From Octopus bimaculoides (taxonomy: Eukaryota), in the NCBI RefSeq assembly GCF_001194135.2, contig NC_068993.1, positions 49,950,657 to 50,014,656 on the forward strand: 64,000 nucleotides of DNA, in the 5' to 3' direction. Both the position numbers and the translations under genes were made by a program. This document shows, piece by piece, positions 25,418-40,371 of the stretch. Position 1 is the first letter of the stretch. Each line of letters begins with the position of its first letter. The notes under the pieces are model-generated. The model was not told the origin of the DNA, did no database searches, and saw nothing but the letters and a program-made list of their open reading frames with translations.

Positions 25418-26682
25418 NNNNNNNNNNNNNNNNNNNNNNNNNNNNNNNNNNNNNNNNNNNNNNNNNNNNNNNNNNNNNNNNNNNNNNNNNNNNNNNNNNN
25501 NNNNNNNNNNNNNNNNNNNNNNNNNNNNNNNNNNNNNNNNNNNNNNNNNNNNNNNNNNNNNNNNNNNNNNNNNNNNNNNNNNNNNNNNNNNNNNNNNNNN
25601 NNNNNNNNNNNNNNNNNNNNNNNNNNNNNNNNNNNNNNNNNNNNNNNNNNNNNNNNNNNNNNNNNNNNNNNNNNNNNNNNNNNNNNNNNNNNNNNNNNNN
25701 NNNNNNNNNNNNNNNNNNNNNNNNNNNNNNNNNNNNNNNNNNNNNNNNNNNNNNNNNNNNNNNNNNNNNNNNNNNNNNNNNNNNNNNNNNNNNNNNNNNN
25801 NNNNNNNNNNNNNNNNNNNNNNNNNNNNNNNNNNNNNNNNNNNNNNNNNNNNNNNNNNNNNNNNNNNNNNNNNNNNNNNNNNNNNNNNNNNNNNNNNNNN
25901 NNNNNNNNNNNNNNNNNNNNNNNNNNNNNNNNNNNNATATATATATATATATAACTGGAATTGAATTACCAAGTTTAATGCAATAACAAGCGAAGAAATG
26001 CTTCAAAAGCATGACACTGTTTAAAGTAAATATATAACTTGTTTGTTTGCACATTTATAGTTAATTTCTATTGTTTGTGTTTCCAAAAGAAACCGAAATT
26101 GAAACAAAAATCAGAAAGAGGCAAATAAAATCTAAAAGAAGACAATATTTCATTTACATTATTAAATCTGGCCTTCTGCACACAGATTCTGGTATTGCAG
26201 GTTGCCAAAAAAGACCAATTAAACATACACACACAAATACACACCTGGTGGGGTTGGTTGTTAAACAGGCAATTAGGGAAGCATTATTCCTATGTTTGAA
26301 AGAAAATATATGAAGCTGGCCATCAAAAGGCATTATCTGCTTTCTGGAAAAGAAAATAGGCAATTGTTTGTTACTTTCATTGTGTGGTTGGTCAAATATT
26401 TGAAACAGGCCTCTGGGTAAATATTTGTGTGTTCCATGTGTGTTGGTCAACTAATTAGCATTGCCTCTTGTCATAAGTATAAGACAGCATTCATACATCA
26501 ATACCATGCTAAATGCTACCCTGTCTATATGTATGTACGCAGGTAATGTATCTAGGTATATATGTCTGTATGTATGCATGTGTTCATACATGTGTATGTA
26601 TGTGCTACATTCTTCTGCTTGATGAACTTCAGAGCAAATAGTTTGAAAAGTGTGCAAGTGCAACTTTAGCTTCTACATTTAC

Positions 26683-26719
<37 letters not shown>

Positions 26720-27444
26720 TAAGCTGTTTGTAATATTGGAGTATAGCGTATAAATACTAGGAAGAGAATATCACATGCATGTAATAACATCAATGAAGCA
26801 ACTTTAATATTATTCATTGGTCCAAGACAGTTGGTGGTATTGTTGCTTGGCCCAAGGTCAGCCTTATTGGACATGCCTACAATCGCAAGCATTCCATCAA
26901 GGACCGCCCCCCCCCCCATCATTTATTCAGATGTACCACATAAACCAATGTGTTCTTCTTACCTTAAGTTGGCTATATGTGTGATTTGAGGAAAATTTGG
27001 TTGCTATTTCCAGCTGGTCTTTCAACTGCATAAAGAGTGACTTGGCTCAAAACATACTTAAAGAAACTATAAAGAAATTCAGTTTTGTTTCCCTGTTATA
27101 TCCTGAGTTCAAATTCATCTCAGTTGTACTTTGCTATACCTCACCTGCTGCTATTATTACTATTATTGTTGTATAATTGGTTTTCTACCCTTATAAGGAA
27201 TCAATATTTATTGTTCTATGTAAAGTTAAAGATTTTGTTGGTCATTAGCAAGGTGATCAGTTACAGTGAATAGAAGCTTAACAGGTTATGTTTACTTGTG
27301 AATATATTTTTTAATGTCTTTAGACTGTAGCTTTGCTAGGGTACTGTAGTCAAAAGTTTTAGTTAATTATATCAGCGTAGTAATCTTTCTGGTAATTATT
27401 TCTCAAATGATTAGGTCTGTCTTTATTGAAGGCACCTGGCCCCT

Positions 27445-27700
27445 ATGGCCAAGTTGTTCAGCTCATCGTCATAATCTTCCGGGTTCAATTCCTGAACTGG
27501 TAGAGCACTGCATCCTTGAGCAAGGCACTTCATTTCAAGTTGCGCCAACCTGCCTGGTTGTAAATGAGTACTTGCTAAGTATTGGTGCAGTTCTCCCACT
27601 CTCCTTATAGCTATCATATCCTGCATGTGCAGCTTAGTTGCAGGGTGGGAGAGTTGAGAGGTTGACAATGTCTGTTTGCCACCACAGAGGCACCCAAAAC
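27445..27700 (+). mobile_element. tRNA-derived SINE (family D-like), diverged
   Basis: ccgggttcaattcctg...catccttgagcaaggcacttcatttcaag. Confidence 0.65.
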
Positions 27701-28895
27701 AATTAGCAGAAGCATGGTACATGCCAAGCCATACATGCCAAACCATACTCATTTGCCTGTGACAGTTGACTCTTCAGGTCTATCTTTACTATATTAGGAC
27801 ACAATCTAGTAAGAGACTTGTGTTCCTGTCACAGGATGCAACCTCTCAAGGCACACCTGACTGACACATAGAAAATATATTTACATATATCATCATCTTC
27901 ATCATAATTTTTACATCCATTTTCCATGTTGTCATGGGTTGAATGCAATGTATTGAGGCTGTAGTATATGGCCAGATATCCTTCCTTCACAAAACTGTGT
28001 TTGCTTTTCATCTTTATATTCCAATGGTCATCACACATTGAAACCACTGAGCTCCAAGATGCATTGTTTACAGGAAATATAAGCACTGCCACTATTTTCG
28101 CCCACATAGAAACAGGTACAACACACACACACACACACACACATTCACACACACATATATGCACATCCACTGTAGGTTTTCCCATGGTTTTTTTTCTTTT
28201 GTTTTATATTTTTTTCTACAAATTTCCATCATAAGGCATTGGTGAACTTGAGATTATGATAGAAGATGCTCTCAAAAGGTTTTGTGCTGCAAAATGGATC
28301 CTGAATCCACATGTTTTGTCCCTTCACCATTTAACAGGTTTTGTCTTTCATTTTGCAGAGCATCCAAAAAACCACTGTCCTCTCCAAGTGAGCTTGTCAG
28401 TTAAGTTGTTAATGCTCCAATCATGTACAGGTTGCACCGACTTACATGGTTAGCTTATACATACATATACATGCATGTATCCATGTATGTGGTAAACATC
28501 CATGCATGCATGCATATACATGTTGTACCGACTTACACAGTTCCAATATACATGCATGTCTGTGGTAATCATGCATATGTATACACACATGTTTATCTGA
28601 ATTCCTATTTTTGAAATGATATACCAACATATTTCCTCAAGCACAAACTTACATGCAATTGAAGTCAAGCACATAGACATAAATATATGCATACCTACCT
28701 ACACACACACACACACACACACACATGTAAACACAAACTGCATTTATGAATCATTGTCATATATACCTGCAATTATACACCCACACACACTGAAGATGTC
28801 TGGATAAATTTCAAATAATGAGGAAGAATCTAGTAGTAAATGTGTAATAACATATCAGAGAAGTTCTCAGTTACCAATTTCTTCAAGGGCAGTTT

Positions 28896-28946
<51 letters not shown>

Positions 28947-30014
28947 GTACAATATTTTAAAGTTGAATGTTCTGTATTTTGATATGAAACTTTTTCTTTC
29001 TCAGTTGTTTTTGGTGTTTATTTTTTTAAGAAAGTTTGTAATGTTATTTTTATGCAGTGGTTGTCTGTATGGTTGTGTTTGTGTGCATGTGTATGGTTTC
29101 TGCTGTGTGTTTATGAGTATGTATGTGCATATTTGTATATGTATATATGCATGCTTCTTTCTGTGTATATATGTATTTATATAAAATATACATGTGTTTG
29201 TATGTGTATAAATATGTATGTATGGAATTAAGTTTATGAAATATGTATCTACTGAAGTAAATATATTTGATATGAATGTATTTATGCCTGTATGTATGTA
29301 TCTATGTATGTATATATATATGATGGTCATAAGTATATATGTCTGTACTTATGTACGAAATGGTTATAAATGTGTTTATTTGTGCATGTGCAATATGAGT
29401 GTGTATAGAAATATGTTTATGTGTATACACACTATACACACATATGAGGCTTCAATTTAATTCTTTTAGATATATGCTAAAGATTTCTGAAGATAAATAT
29501 CTTGGTTTTCTTGCTTTTTAATGTAGGGTGTTAGAATTCAATTTCAAAATATGGATTTGTTCATGTGGTGATGGGATGGGTGAGGAGGAATAGAAAAAAA
29601 AAAAATTACACACACATGCAAATTCACATATGTAATCTTTGTTGTCTATTACATATATATTTATACACACACACACACACACACACATACACATACACAT
29701 AACTATATATATATAATTATATATATTTAGATCTCTCTTTTTCCCTATCTTACTATCTGTCTTGCTATATACCTGCATATCTAATCTCTTTCTCACTCTC
29801 TCTCTTTCTATGCATTTGCCTTTATGTGCGTGTGCCTATCTATGACTGCCTTCCTATCTATCCATCTATCTATCTATCTGTCTGTGTGTATACATATATA
29901 TAGAGATAGATAGAAATACACACACACATGTATATATCTGTGTATGTATATAAAGATATATATATATATATAGATATCTACACACACACATATAAACACA
30001 CACACACACGCACG

Positions 30015-30050
<36 letters not shown>

Positions 30051-30165
30051 CACACGTGTGTGTGTATGTGTGTATACAACTCGGGTTCCTTTTGAAAAGT
30101 TATATTTTTTATTGTTGCACAACAATGTGGCTACTCTAAAGAGCTGTTACTTCAGTACATACCAC

Positions 30166-30204
<39 letters not shown>

Positions 30205-32893
30205 GTACGTACACACATACACGCGTACGTACACACATACACGCGTACGTACACACACACACACACACAAACACACTATCAATCAGTTACTACATTTGCT
30301 ACCTTAGTTCGTTTGTATTTCTTTTTTTGCATTTATTCTGTTTGTTTTAGTTTTAGAGCCAAGGAAAGAAAATTAGGAGGATAAAAAGCTATAATAATAG
30401 CAGCAACAACAACAACAACAACAACAACAATATCGATAATACTGATTTTGAAGACGGTGGAAGTAGTAGTAGTAGTAGTAGTAGTAGCAGTAGTAGTGGT
30501 TGTGGTGGTGGAATCACTAAAGAATTAATGGAAGAAAGTGATATTGAAATATCTAATATTTGTGTATATGTTTTATACACACACACAGATATATATGTAC
30601 ATATGCATATACAAATATATATCATATACATATGCATAAACACACACACACACATATATATATATATACACTCACACATGAATACACACATATGTATCTG
30701 TCATTCATATATATATGTGTGTGTGTGTGTATACATATATATATTTATACACACACACACACCTACACATATATAATATATACACATAGATACCTACACT
30801 GACATACACATATACATATCTACACATGCACACACACACATAATTATTTTTTCCTTTTGCGTTTGGGTTTTTGTTTTCATATAAAATCTTGTGTAAATAG
30901 ACTTCTTTTATTAGATTTTATTAACTGTTGTTTTCAATATTATTTATTGGCTGTTAAACAGATAAAGAGTTGGAAAAACTTAGTGTATATATATATGTAT
31001 ATGTGTGTATGTGTGTGTGTGTTAGTGCATATATATTTGGATGTGTGATTGCTTACGTATGTATTGGTTTCAGCTAGATACAAATTTATTGTCACAAGAA
31101 AGCAAAGTAAACGAAGACATGATCTGACGTTGGGTGGAATGGCTCTAAATTTTCACAAAACTCGATAACTATCTTTAAAGTACTGTGTGGTACGTGGAGT
31201 AGAGTGGTCTATCTATAATGATGGCTTAATGGTGAAGATGTTGTATAAATTTCTTCATTCCTTACTATAAATCTGGGCTTTACAGATATCCAGTTGTTAC
31301 CTGCAATCTATATTTTACTATTTTCTACAATTAATACAATTCTATTTCTTTCACATTCTTTTTTTTTACTCTCCCTGCAATAAACATTTTAACTGCTGTT
31401 AGAAATACTGATGTAATGATGATATGATTTGCTGTTGTTGTTGTCATCAGAAAGACCCTTGTATACCTGTTATGAAAATGGGTTTTGGGATCCAGGGGTA
31501 TGGTTAGGTCAGTGAGGTTGTCATTGCAAAGGATGGTGGTGGGGTTAGATGTTATAAAACCCTTTCCTGTGAGCTGAAAAGTAGAACACCATCTCCCTGT
31601 TTACCCACCACCACCACCACCCACTACCCCACCACCACCACCACCACTACACCATTATTTCAATTATTGCAGCCATTAAAGATATTATGTCAACAAGCTA
31701 AAAAGATGGTCTATTTAAACAAATAAATATTGATGACTGTTGTGGAGTTTAGACATATCAAGTTTCACTGTTGAAAGGTTAAATATTTAGCACTAAATAT
31801 GATTTCTGTTGTAAAAATCTTTCCATCAATTAGTATAATAATTAATCTAGCCTCATGTGTTTTGATATGCAACACAAAACTTCCCACAACATTCTTAAAG
31901 AATATACTCTGGAGTTGTTCCTTGGTACTTCTTTCTTTCAAGCAGGGATGAAACCCAGCATTGACTTCAACAGGTCCTGCACAGACTCTTGGACATTACC
32001 TCATACTAATGCGGTGATGAGGTATGGGTTTATGGTGGAGAAATTAGAGGTGGGAACAGAAATACCTTCAAATAACTTGTAATATTCATTTAAGTTCTTT
32101 TCACCTTGAATCCAAATCCTGCCAGGTCAATTTCTCTCTCTCTTCAAAATCCAGCCTTGTCAAAAAGTGTCCTGCTGATTCAACCTCTAAATTATCTGAA
32201 GGATGCATGTCTGTGGAATACTCAGCCACTTATATGCTGATTTCAAAATCGGGAGTACAACTGGTCTAACAACTGAATATTTTTAGTAAAAGCCAGTGGA
32301 GTAGTATCTACCAGTTGTAATAGTGACAGTAATTATGGTAGGGTACCAGTTATAACAGTGGCAATATCTGTTGCAGTACGAGTATTCATGGTGGTGGTAC
32401 TAGTTTTATAGTCGTGGTATTATGATGATGGTAACAGTTACCGTGGGGACAGGAATTATAGTAATGATGTTTGTGTTGATAGTTAAGGTGGTAACATTTA
32501 TAGAAGTGGTAACAGTTGTAGTGATGGTAATAGTAGTAGTAGCAATAGTTATAATAGTAGTATTTATAGTAGTGGTACCTGTTGTATAGTCATGGTATTC
32601 ATAGTGGTGGTACCAGTTGTATAGTTGAGGTAGCAGTTATGATGGTGATAGCGATTATGGTTGGCATTTATGGTGATGTAGGGGGGGGGGTCATAGTTTT
32701 AGTAGTGCTAACAGTGGTGGCTGCAGTTGTAATGGTGATATTTATGGTGGTAGTAACAGTTATAGCAACAACAAAGGTACATACAACATTCTGGTTCCAA
32801 TATTAATTGACAGAAATGATACCTTGTACCATTTTATTGTTTGAGATAAAATTGAATGTATATAGATGTATATATATATACAAGTACGTGTGC

Positions 32894-32943
<50 letters not shown>

Positions 32944-33760
32944 ATACACACACACACACATATGCATACTAACAGACATACATATATACATATATGTGCA
33001 TATATGTATACACATTATAAACACACAGCCATTTATATTATTTAATATTTGTACACAATATCATATTAATATATTCTCGTTTATTTAACTAGAGTTTATA
33101 TAATGGCAGGAGAGATCAATACATCGCTGATATCACACTGCCATTATCAGGACGAATTAGCTTAGAACCATGAAAATATATGATATAAACTGATTAGGCT
33201 TTCGTAAGCAATTTCCACTTTCATATACACCTAGCTTATTTCTGTTTCTTTTTGCGTTCTTTCATTTTGTCTTACTACCTTTTATTCCTTCTTCTTTTCC
33301 TTGTTATTATTTTCAAATTTCATTTCTTGTTTTTATTTCTTTTTCCTTTCTTTATATTTTTATCATATTACCATTTACTCACCATTTACATGGTAATTTG
33401 CTGAGATGGTAGAGCAAAGACTGGCATACAGATATATAGTCATATAGTTATACCACTAGGTTTATATCACACCATGGTTACATTGGCCTTTCAAGTACAG
33501 GTTTGATTTGCTCAACGAGGTACCCTGTCCCCAAAATTTGAGGCCCTTTTTCTATATTGTTTTCTCTCTCCCTGACTTACTTCTGATTCTCATTAACCTT
33601 TGTTAGATTTTCTTTCTGTATCACACACAACTTTCTCTTATTATTCTTTTTTTCTTTCTCTCTTTCTTCTCTTTCATTCAAATACTGAAGTTTAAATCTA
33701 GAACATGTGCAAAAATATAAACCTTGTTTGGACTCCATTTTTGGGGAGGAAAGATCTTGC

Positions 33761-33809
<49 letters not shown>

Positions 33810-33844
33810 TATCCTACTGTTTAGAATATGTGCTGACAGAAGCA

Positions 33845-33955
33845 AGTAAAACGCTTGGCATCAAGTAGGGTACCTGGCCATAAAACACTACTACAAAATG
33901 TCCCATCCAATCCATGCTAGCATGGAAAAGTGGATACGGACACGACTATGATGAT
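33845..33955 (+). mobile_element. RTE 3' tail fragment
   Basis: ccatccaatccatgctagcatggaaaagtgga...atgatgat. Confidence 0.7.
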
Positions 33956-33959
33956 ATAT

Positions 33960-34290
33960 CAATTTTGTCAATGGCATCTGTGTGCCTGTTTGTCTGCCAT
34001 TCTCTAAGAGTGAAACCATATAACTATATAGCTTTTCAAACTGGGAGGGTTGAACAAAAACGTTAGCTACAACAGTGAAACATATGGTAATATAACAGTG
34101 GTTGTTGAAAGTTAACAGCAAGCCAGATGGTCGCTGCTATCATCATCAGCCTGTTAATGTTATCATCTATGTTTCAGTGGGGCCAAAGAAAGATAGCATT
34201 TTGCATTTGGTAAAACAGACCACCATTGGAGTTGTGTTGTGGTGTAGTAAAAGTTTTCTATAGACCAAAATATGCAGGCAAAATGTGTGT
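33960..34290 (+). mobile_element. Possible L1/Tx1-type ORF2 C-terminal remnant
   Basis: Stop-interrupted frame QWLLKVNSKPDGRC...DSILHLVKQ weakly resembles a CCHC region. Confidence 0.3.
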
Positions 34291-35329
34291 CACTAGTGGC
34301 ATATAAGTACACATACATATGCTCGTGTGAATGCACACACACACACACACACACAAAGTTCATGTGCATGCTGTTGCTTATAGATGCATGAACAATGTCA
34401 ACTCTATACAGAAATCGTTTACACATGCTAATATGCATATGTGTGTGTATATATACATATACATATATGTATGTGTGTATATGTATATACATATACATGT
34501 ATAAATGCATCTATGCATCTTTGTAAAACACTTAATAAAGGACAGGTTTATTTATAAATTAGCAAATCATGAGCTACTCGTGTATATGTACACATTTCTA
34601 TTATAAACACCACAGATAACATTCTCGCTCTCTCTCTTTCTTTCTCTCTCCCACTCTCTTTCTCACGCACACATGTAAAAGCAAAATTAGTTTACGCTCT
34701 TACAGTAGATATAAGTTCATTCATAAGTTCATTTATGTACCACATACATTAACATGCTCACACACACACACTGAAAGAAAAAATACAAAGATTCAAAATG
34801 ATGAACAAACCAGCATTTTTATATACAAGAATGAAGCAGACGTGGCTATTTTAAAGGTTATTTTATTTTATTTCGTTTCTGTTTTATGTTATGGTTTATT
34901 CGATAATAAGGGGCACTGCCCACAACCTTTGCAGGCCCTTTGAGACATGTGACATTGATATGGTTGATGTTCAGCTTGAAACATCTGTAAACCGATCTGC
35001 ACATCCAGTTTACTAAGTTACTTACATGTATGAATGTATGTATTTGTGTGTGCATGTGTGTGCATGTGTGTGTATGCATGCACATGTGTGTGTGTGTCTG
35101 TGCATACACATTCTCTTTTAATATAGATAAAGACACCACAGAGTAGAGAAGCTTTTCAAAATATTTATTGAGATGTTGTATACTAACATTAGCTGGAATG
35201 TTTGTGGTTGAAGGAGAGTTTTGTTTGTGTGTGTATGTGTGTCTATGGGTATTTATGTGTTCTGTATGTCAGTGAAGTGAATAATTAGGTTTTCTATCAG
35301 TGGTTGACTAGTTTTATGGACAAATAGGT

Positions 35330-35690
35330 TTTGGTACATTAATGCCCTTACCCAAAGGCATTACCAGTGTAAGCGAAATAGCCATGACCAAGAACTGAAA
35401 CTCAATTGAGGGCTTCCCTCCTATGCTATGACAGTTGCTTCCTATGAACATTAGAGCAGGAAAATGTGAGATAATCATGTGAATGGATGACAGAATCTGT
35501 ACAGCATCAACCACAGTAATTCCCTATGTCATGAGTTCAAATTCTACCAAGGTCTAATTTTCTTATTTGTCCTCCTAAGTTCAGTAGATTAAGTACATGA
35601 TCAATGTAATTGATGCAGCCCCCTGAAGGTAGTGCTCTAGTATGATTGTGGCCTATTGACTGAAACGAGTAAAAGATTAAAAGAATACTC
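35330..35690. mobile_element. Two degraded SINE fragments (about 35330-35450 minus; 35525-35690 plus)
   Basis: Reverse complement aatgcctttgggtaagggcattaatg; catgagttcaaattctaccaagg. Confidence 0.5.
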
Positions 35691-35986
35691 AGAGGTGAGG
35701 ATACCCTTTAGATATTAAAACTACTGCTAGATGGACTGGTCCAGTGAATTTTGTGTGTTAGAAGTAGCAAGGATTTGATATGAGCCATCAGCATTTGTTC
35801 CACCTGCTAAGTTAGCAATGTAAACACTCAAAATAGATTTTGTGGCTTTTTATAGTAAATAACCTTCCTTTGATTTTAACAGCCTAATCCCAGTGTGTGT
35901 TCATGACATGTACCAGTATTTGTCTGTGTGTTTTCATGGTATGTGAGTGTTTGATGTATTATATCTAGTTTATATATGTACAGGGT

Positions 35987-36110
35987 GGGTCATAAATTGC
36001 ATGAGGGTTTAAAAAAAAAATCAATAAATTTGTTTCTGTAATAAACACAATTGGAAAAAGAAATATTGAATTTTTCAACAACTATAGTTCTTGCTGTAAC
36101 TATGTAGACT
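35987..36110 (+). mobile_element. Possible Tc1/mariner-type terminal fragment
   Basis: Starts TA-CAGGGTGGGTCATAAA; no partner TIR found. Confidence 0.4.
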
Positions 36111-37732
36111 TGGTTTGATGGCAACTTACCATTTACACTATGTGTATGTATATATGTTGGGATTCAAGCATACCTATGTGCTCCTCTGTGTGCATATAAA
36201 TGTCATGCACACACACACACACACATGCACATATATTGATATAAGCTCATACACATACATAGCAGACATAGGTGCATGTATAAGTTTGTGTGGGTATGCA
36301 TTTATAAATATGTTAATAAATGTATTTAATGTTTGCCCATGTATATGTGTACATATTATGTGCATACACAGATATAAAATAGATGAACATGTTATATATA
36401 TGTGCATATTTCTCATAGTTAGCTGTTGAATTAATCTGTTGCCTAGTTTTGATATCACCACCTGATCCTTGGGTGCCTTCATCGGAATCTACATTGATGC
36501 AAGCATTCAGTTCAAGTCCCTGGTCTGTTAGGGTTACTTCTTCCCTTCAGTCTTGGAGAACCTAAAAGAAAAGTAATGGATGGCCAGTGTCCTTCTTGCT
36601 CTGAATGACCATTAAAAACCTGCTTAAATTGTCAACTAGTATTAGTACATTTACACACTTGATGACAAAGGGAAATAACAACTTGGTCATGAAACAGTGT
36701 TTTCCACCAATTAGTTATAATGTAATTAAGATAAATTCGTTATAACAATATTATAAAGAAAAAAACACAGCAAGACAGATTTCTTACAAGTGCCACCCTT
36801 CATTTGTATATATGAGGAGAAATAAGATATATTTTTATTAATTCTGGGCTACTATCCACTGTTTTTTAATTATTCAGTCTTAGGCAGCCAGTTTATTGGT
36901 TGAAAACCTACTTGACAGCATCTGGAATTGAAGACATGAAAACTTCACCTTTTAAAATATTCACTTTTAAATTAAAACCTTGCATCATAAATTTATGCAT
37001 GAAGTTTCTTGTTAAGTTTGTTTTAAGCCCAAAATGTCAAGTTATTTTATGAGACAAGCTTTTTCTCTGTCACATAACTCATATTTAGGGTCTGTCTGTT
37101 TGAGATAGTGCTATTAAAAGGAAGAAGGTAAGGAGCACTCTGTCCCTCAATTCAAATTCTATGTTCATTCCTTCACTTGACAAAACACATAAGTTCATGG
37201 GTGCATGTTATTACTGTTGGGCAAAGAAAGCAGTGCATTTGCCTGCATTACCATTGTTGTTGTTTGCCAAATAGCGCTGAATGTCTTTGTCAGTGTTTGT
37301 GTTTTTTCCCCCCGAAATTCTTTTTTTTTATTTTCATTTCTTCTTGTAAAATATTTGCATTTTGGCCTGTGATTAAATTGGCTTTTTTTTTTTAAATTGT
37401 ATTTGCTTCCTGTGTTTTATTCAAATTTTCCTTCGTTTTTTTTTTTTTTTTTAAATTTTGGTGTAGATGTTGTCTCTCTTAGATGAGTAATAGCTCTTCT
37501 TAGGTTGAACATAAAAACAAAAATTTATGTTGAAAAAGTCTGAAACTAACCAACCTTTTTGTATCTTTCCAAATAAGAGAATTATTCTGATGTTTCAGAG
37601 AGGATCTCCAAAAGAAATATTTAAAAAGAGAAATGCTTTCTCTTTTCGTTGTGCTTGTTAAAATTACAATCCCACAGAGTAACCAGTTGCACATTATTCC
37701 ACATCAGACATTAATAATAATAATAATAATCC

Positions 37733-37965
37733 TTTCTAAATAGGATCAAGGCTTAAAATTTTGGAGTGGAGTGGGGGTGGGGAGGCTAGTCAGTTACATC
37801 AATCCCAGTGTGTAAATGGTACTTAGTTTATCAACCCTGAATAAATGAAAGACAAAGTTGTTCTCAATGGGAGTTGAACTCAGAGCATAAAAAGAGCCAC
37901 AAGGAATATCACAGGACATTGTTTTCTGAGGCTCTAACGATTCTGTCAATGCATCATCCTTGCAA
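37733..37965 (-). mobile_element. Family A SINE
   Basis: Same motifs as above, preceded by (AAT)n. Confidence 0.8.
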
Positions 37966-38466
37966 TAATAATGACCACAGGAGTAAAATTGCAACAACAC
38001 CAACAGCAATAAATCATCCATTTCTTGTGAATTAGTAGCTAGCTGCTTATGTCAGTTTGGGGATAACGGAATGCTGCACTACTGAGAAGAGGCACAGAAC
38101 TCTAACCTGCACCCTGTTCCATTCCTTAGTGCAAGCTATGTGGATGTAAGAGGGGATACTGTTCCTATGGGATATCCATTCAGCTATTCCTCCACCCCAT
38201 CTTCACCACATATACACACACATCCGCATCTTATTTGAATCCATTCTCTACCCCCCTTCTATAACCATTTCTCGTATCCTTGAACAGGATTTTGGCCTGT
38301 GGCCATGTTGGAGCACTGCATGATTTGTTGTGTGTCTCTTCTGTAAGAAATTACACATATCTATAATCTCAAGCTACATTTATCATGGTCGATTGTCAGA
38401 GAAAAAGGAGAAATATTTTCTCATCAGAAAAATTCAGATTGTTTCATCGATATGCAGTGTCCACAA

Positions 38467-38532
<66 letters not shown>

Positions 38533-39478
38533 TGAGGAGACAATTCCACCAGGGACTGTGTTCATAATAGAAACTCCATGCTAACTGACCACTGTGTTGG
38601 ATTGTACTTTGAGAATTGTTGTTGTTATCACTAGAACCTTCAGCATCACCCTCCATCATCGTCCTCTGCAGCAGTGACACCATTATTATCACTACTTTCA
38701 TCATCATCAATCATTACCACCATTATCATCATCAGCATCATCACTGATACCATCATCATTGTCACACCCTCTCTGCCATCACCATTCTCACAACCACCAC
38801 CACCACCACCACCACTATCACACCACCCTCATCGTCGTCGTCGTCATCAGTGGTTGCTTAGGCAGTACTTCTGCATAGTTCATTGATTTATCAGACAATA
38901 ATTTGTGGACAGAATAAGCGTCAATTTATCAGTCATTCTGGTCTGTTCATTGATCTGTTAGACAGTATTTTGGAGACACAATGGGTTTGACCAGCATGTC
39001 TGGACAATATATAGATGAGGTGGGAATAGAATACAGAATTGGGTAAGAATTTTGGTCAGATGCTTTGATACTTCCTTCAGTTTTAAACCGATTCATATTT
39101 AACAAATTTTCTTATTTCATCATTATTTTTGATGTATTGTGTACATACAAGATTTGTAAAGCTTCTCCCTAATTCTCTCAACTTTCTTTCTGGTATAAAA
39201 TGCAATTACTTAGAAAAGTATTTGTGTTAACTTAATAATAGTTAATTCTTGTTAAGGAGTGCTGATGTATTCTTTCTGTTCTGTTCTATGTGCAATTTAA
39301 AAAATTAATGTACATACTCTTTTACTAGTTAGAATTATTAGACTGTGGCCATGCCTTCAGGAGTTTTAGCCAGCCATGTCAGCACCAGTACTTATTTTAG
39401 TTCAGTATTTATTTTACCAATATCTTTTTACTGAATGGTTAAGAGTCACCTTTTGACAGAGAAATGAAACAATGCATG

Positions 39479-39537
<59 letters not shown>

Positions 39538-39914
39538 CACCTCTCCTCCACCTTCTCTCTGTCTCTCTTACACAAAGGCTGAACATAGTCAATCTGGCAA
39601 TAAGGAATCCTGGACAATCCAAGCCCACAAATATGCTGGGCCACAAAACGTAAATCTAAGGGTAGCCCCCCACCCCCTATAAGTGTAGTGTTATCTTTTC
39701 ATTACACACACACATATACATACATTATATATACATATATATATATGAGTATGTGGGTGTGTGCTAATGATTTCTCAAAGATAGGACACAACTTTGAAAC
39801 AAGAAATTACATAACTAATACTGATTCCAAACATGCCAGACCATGGGGAGTCAGATTAGGAGGTCCAAATTGTATGTACGTCTATGTGTGTGTGTGTTCC
39901 TTTTTGGATATATG

Positions 39915-39962
<48 letters not shown>

Positions 39963-40371
39963 TATATCCCAAAAAGAACACTCTAAATCGTAGTGCAATA
40001 ATGTATTTATATGTAGTTGAGTCTATGCCATAGAATGACCAGTGGTTTTGCATCTACAAAGGGCTTAGCCCTGTGGACAGCTTGTCAGACTCTAAAGCCA
40101 AAGACAAATGTAACTTTCAACTCTGGGTGGCAGGGATCTGTCACAGTCATTTGGTCAGTAAGTCACCAAAGGATAAATATTCCAGGATCAGTGAGGACAG
40201 GTTATTTCCCTTAGATCAGTTATTCTGGTCTAAGAGGAGGAACAGGGGATTTTTTCCTTGGGCTGTTATGCCTAGATTTTTTCCTGACTGTTATGCCTAG
40301 AGTATAGATATATAGCGCCCGCTTGTTGGATTTTTGTTTTCAGGCAAGATAATCAAACGCATCAAGCAGCG

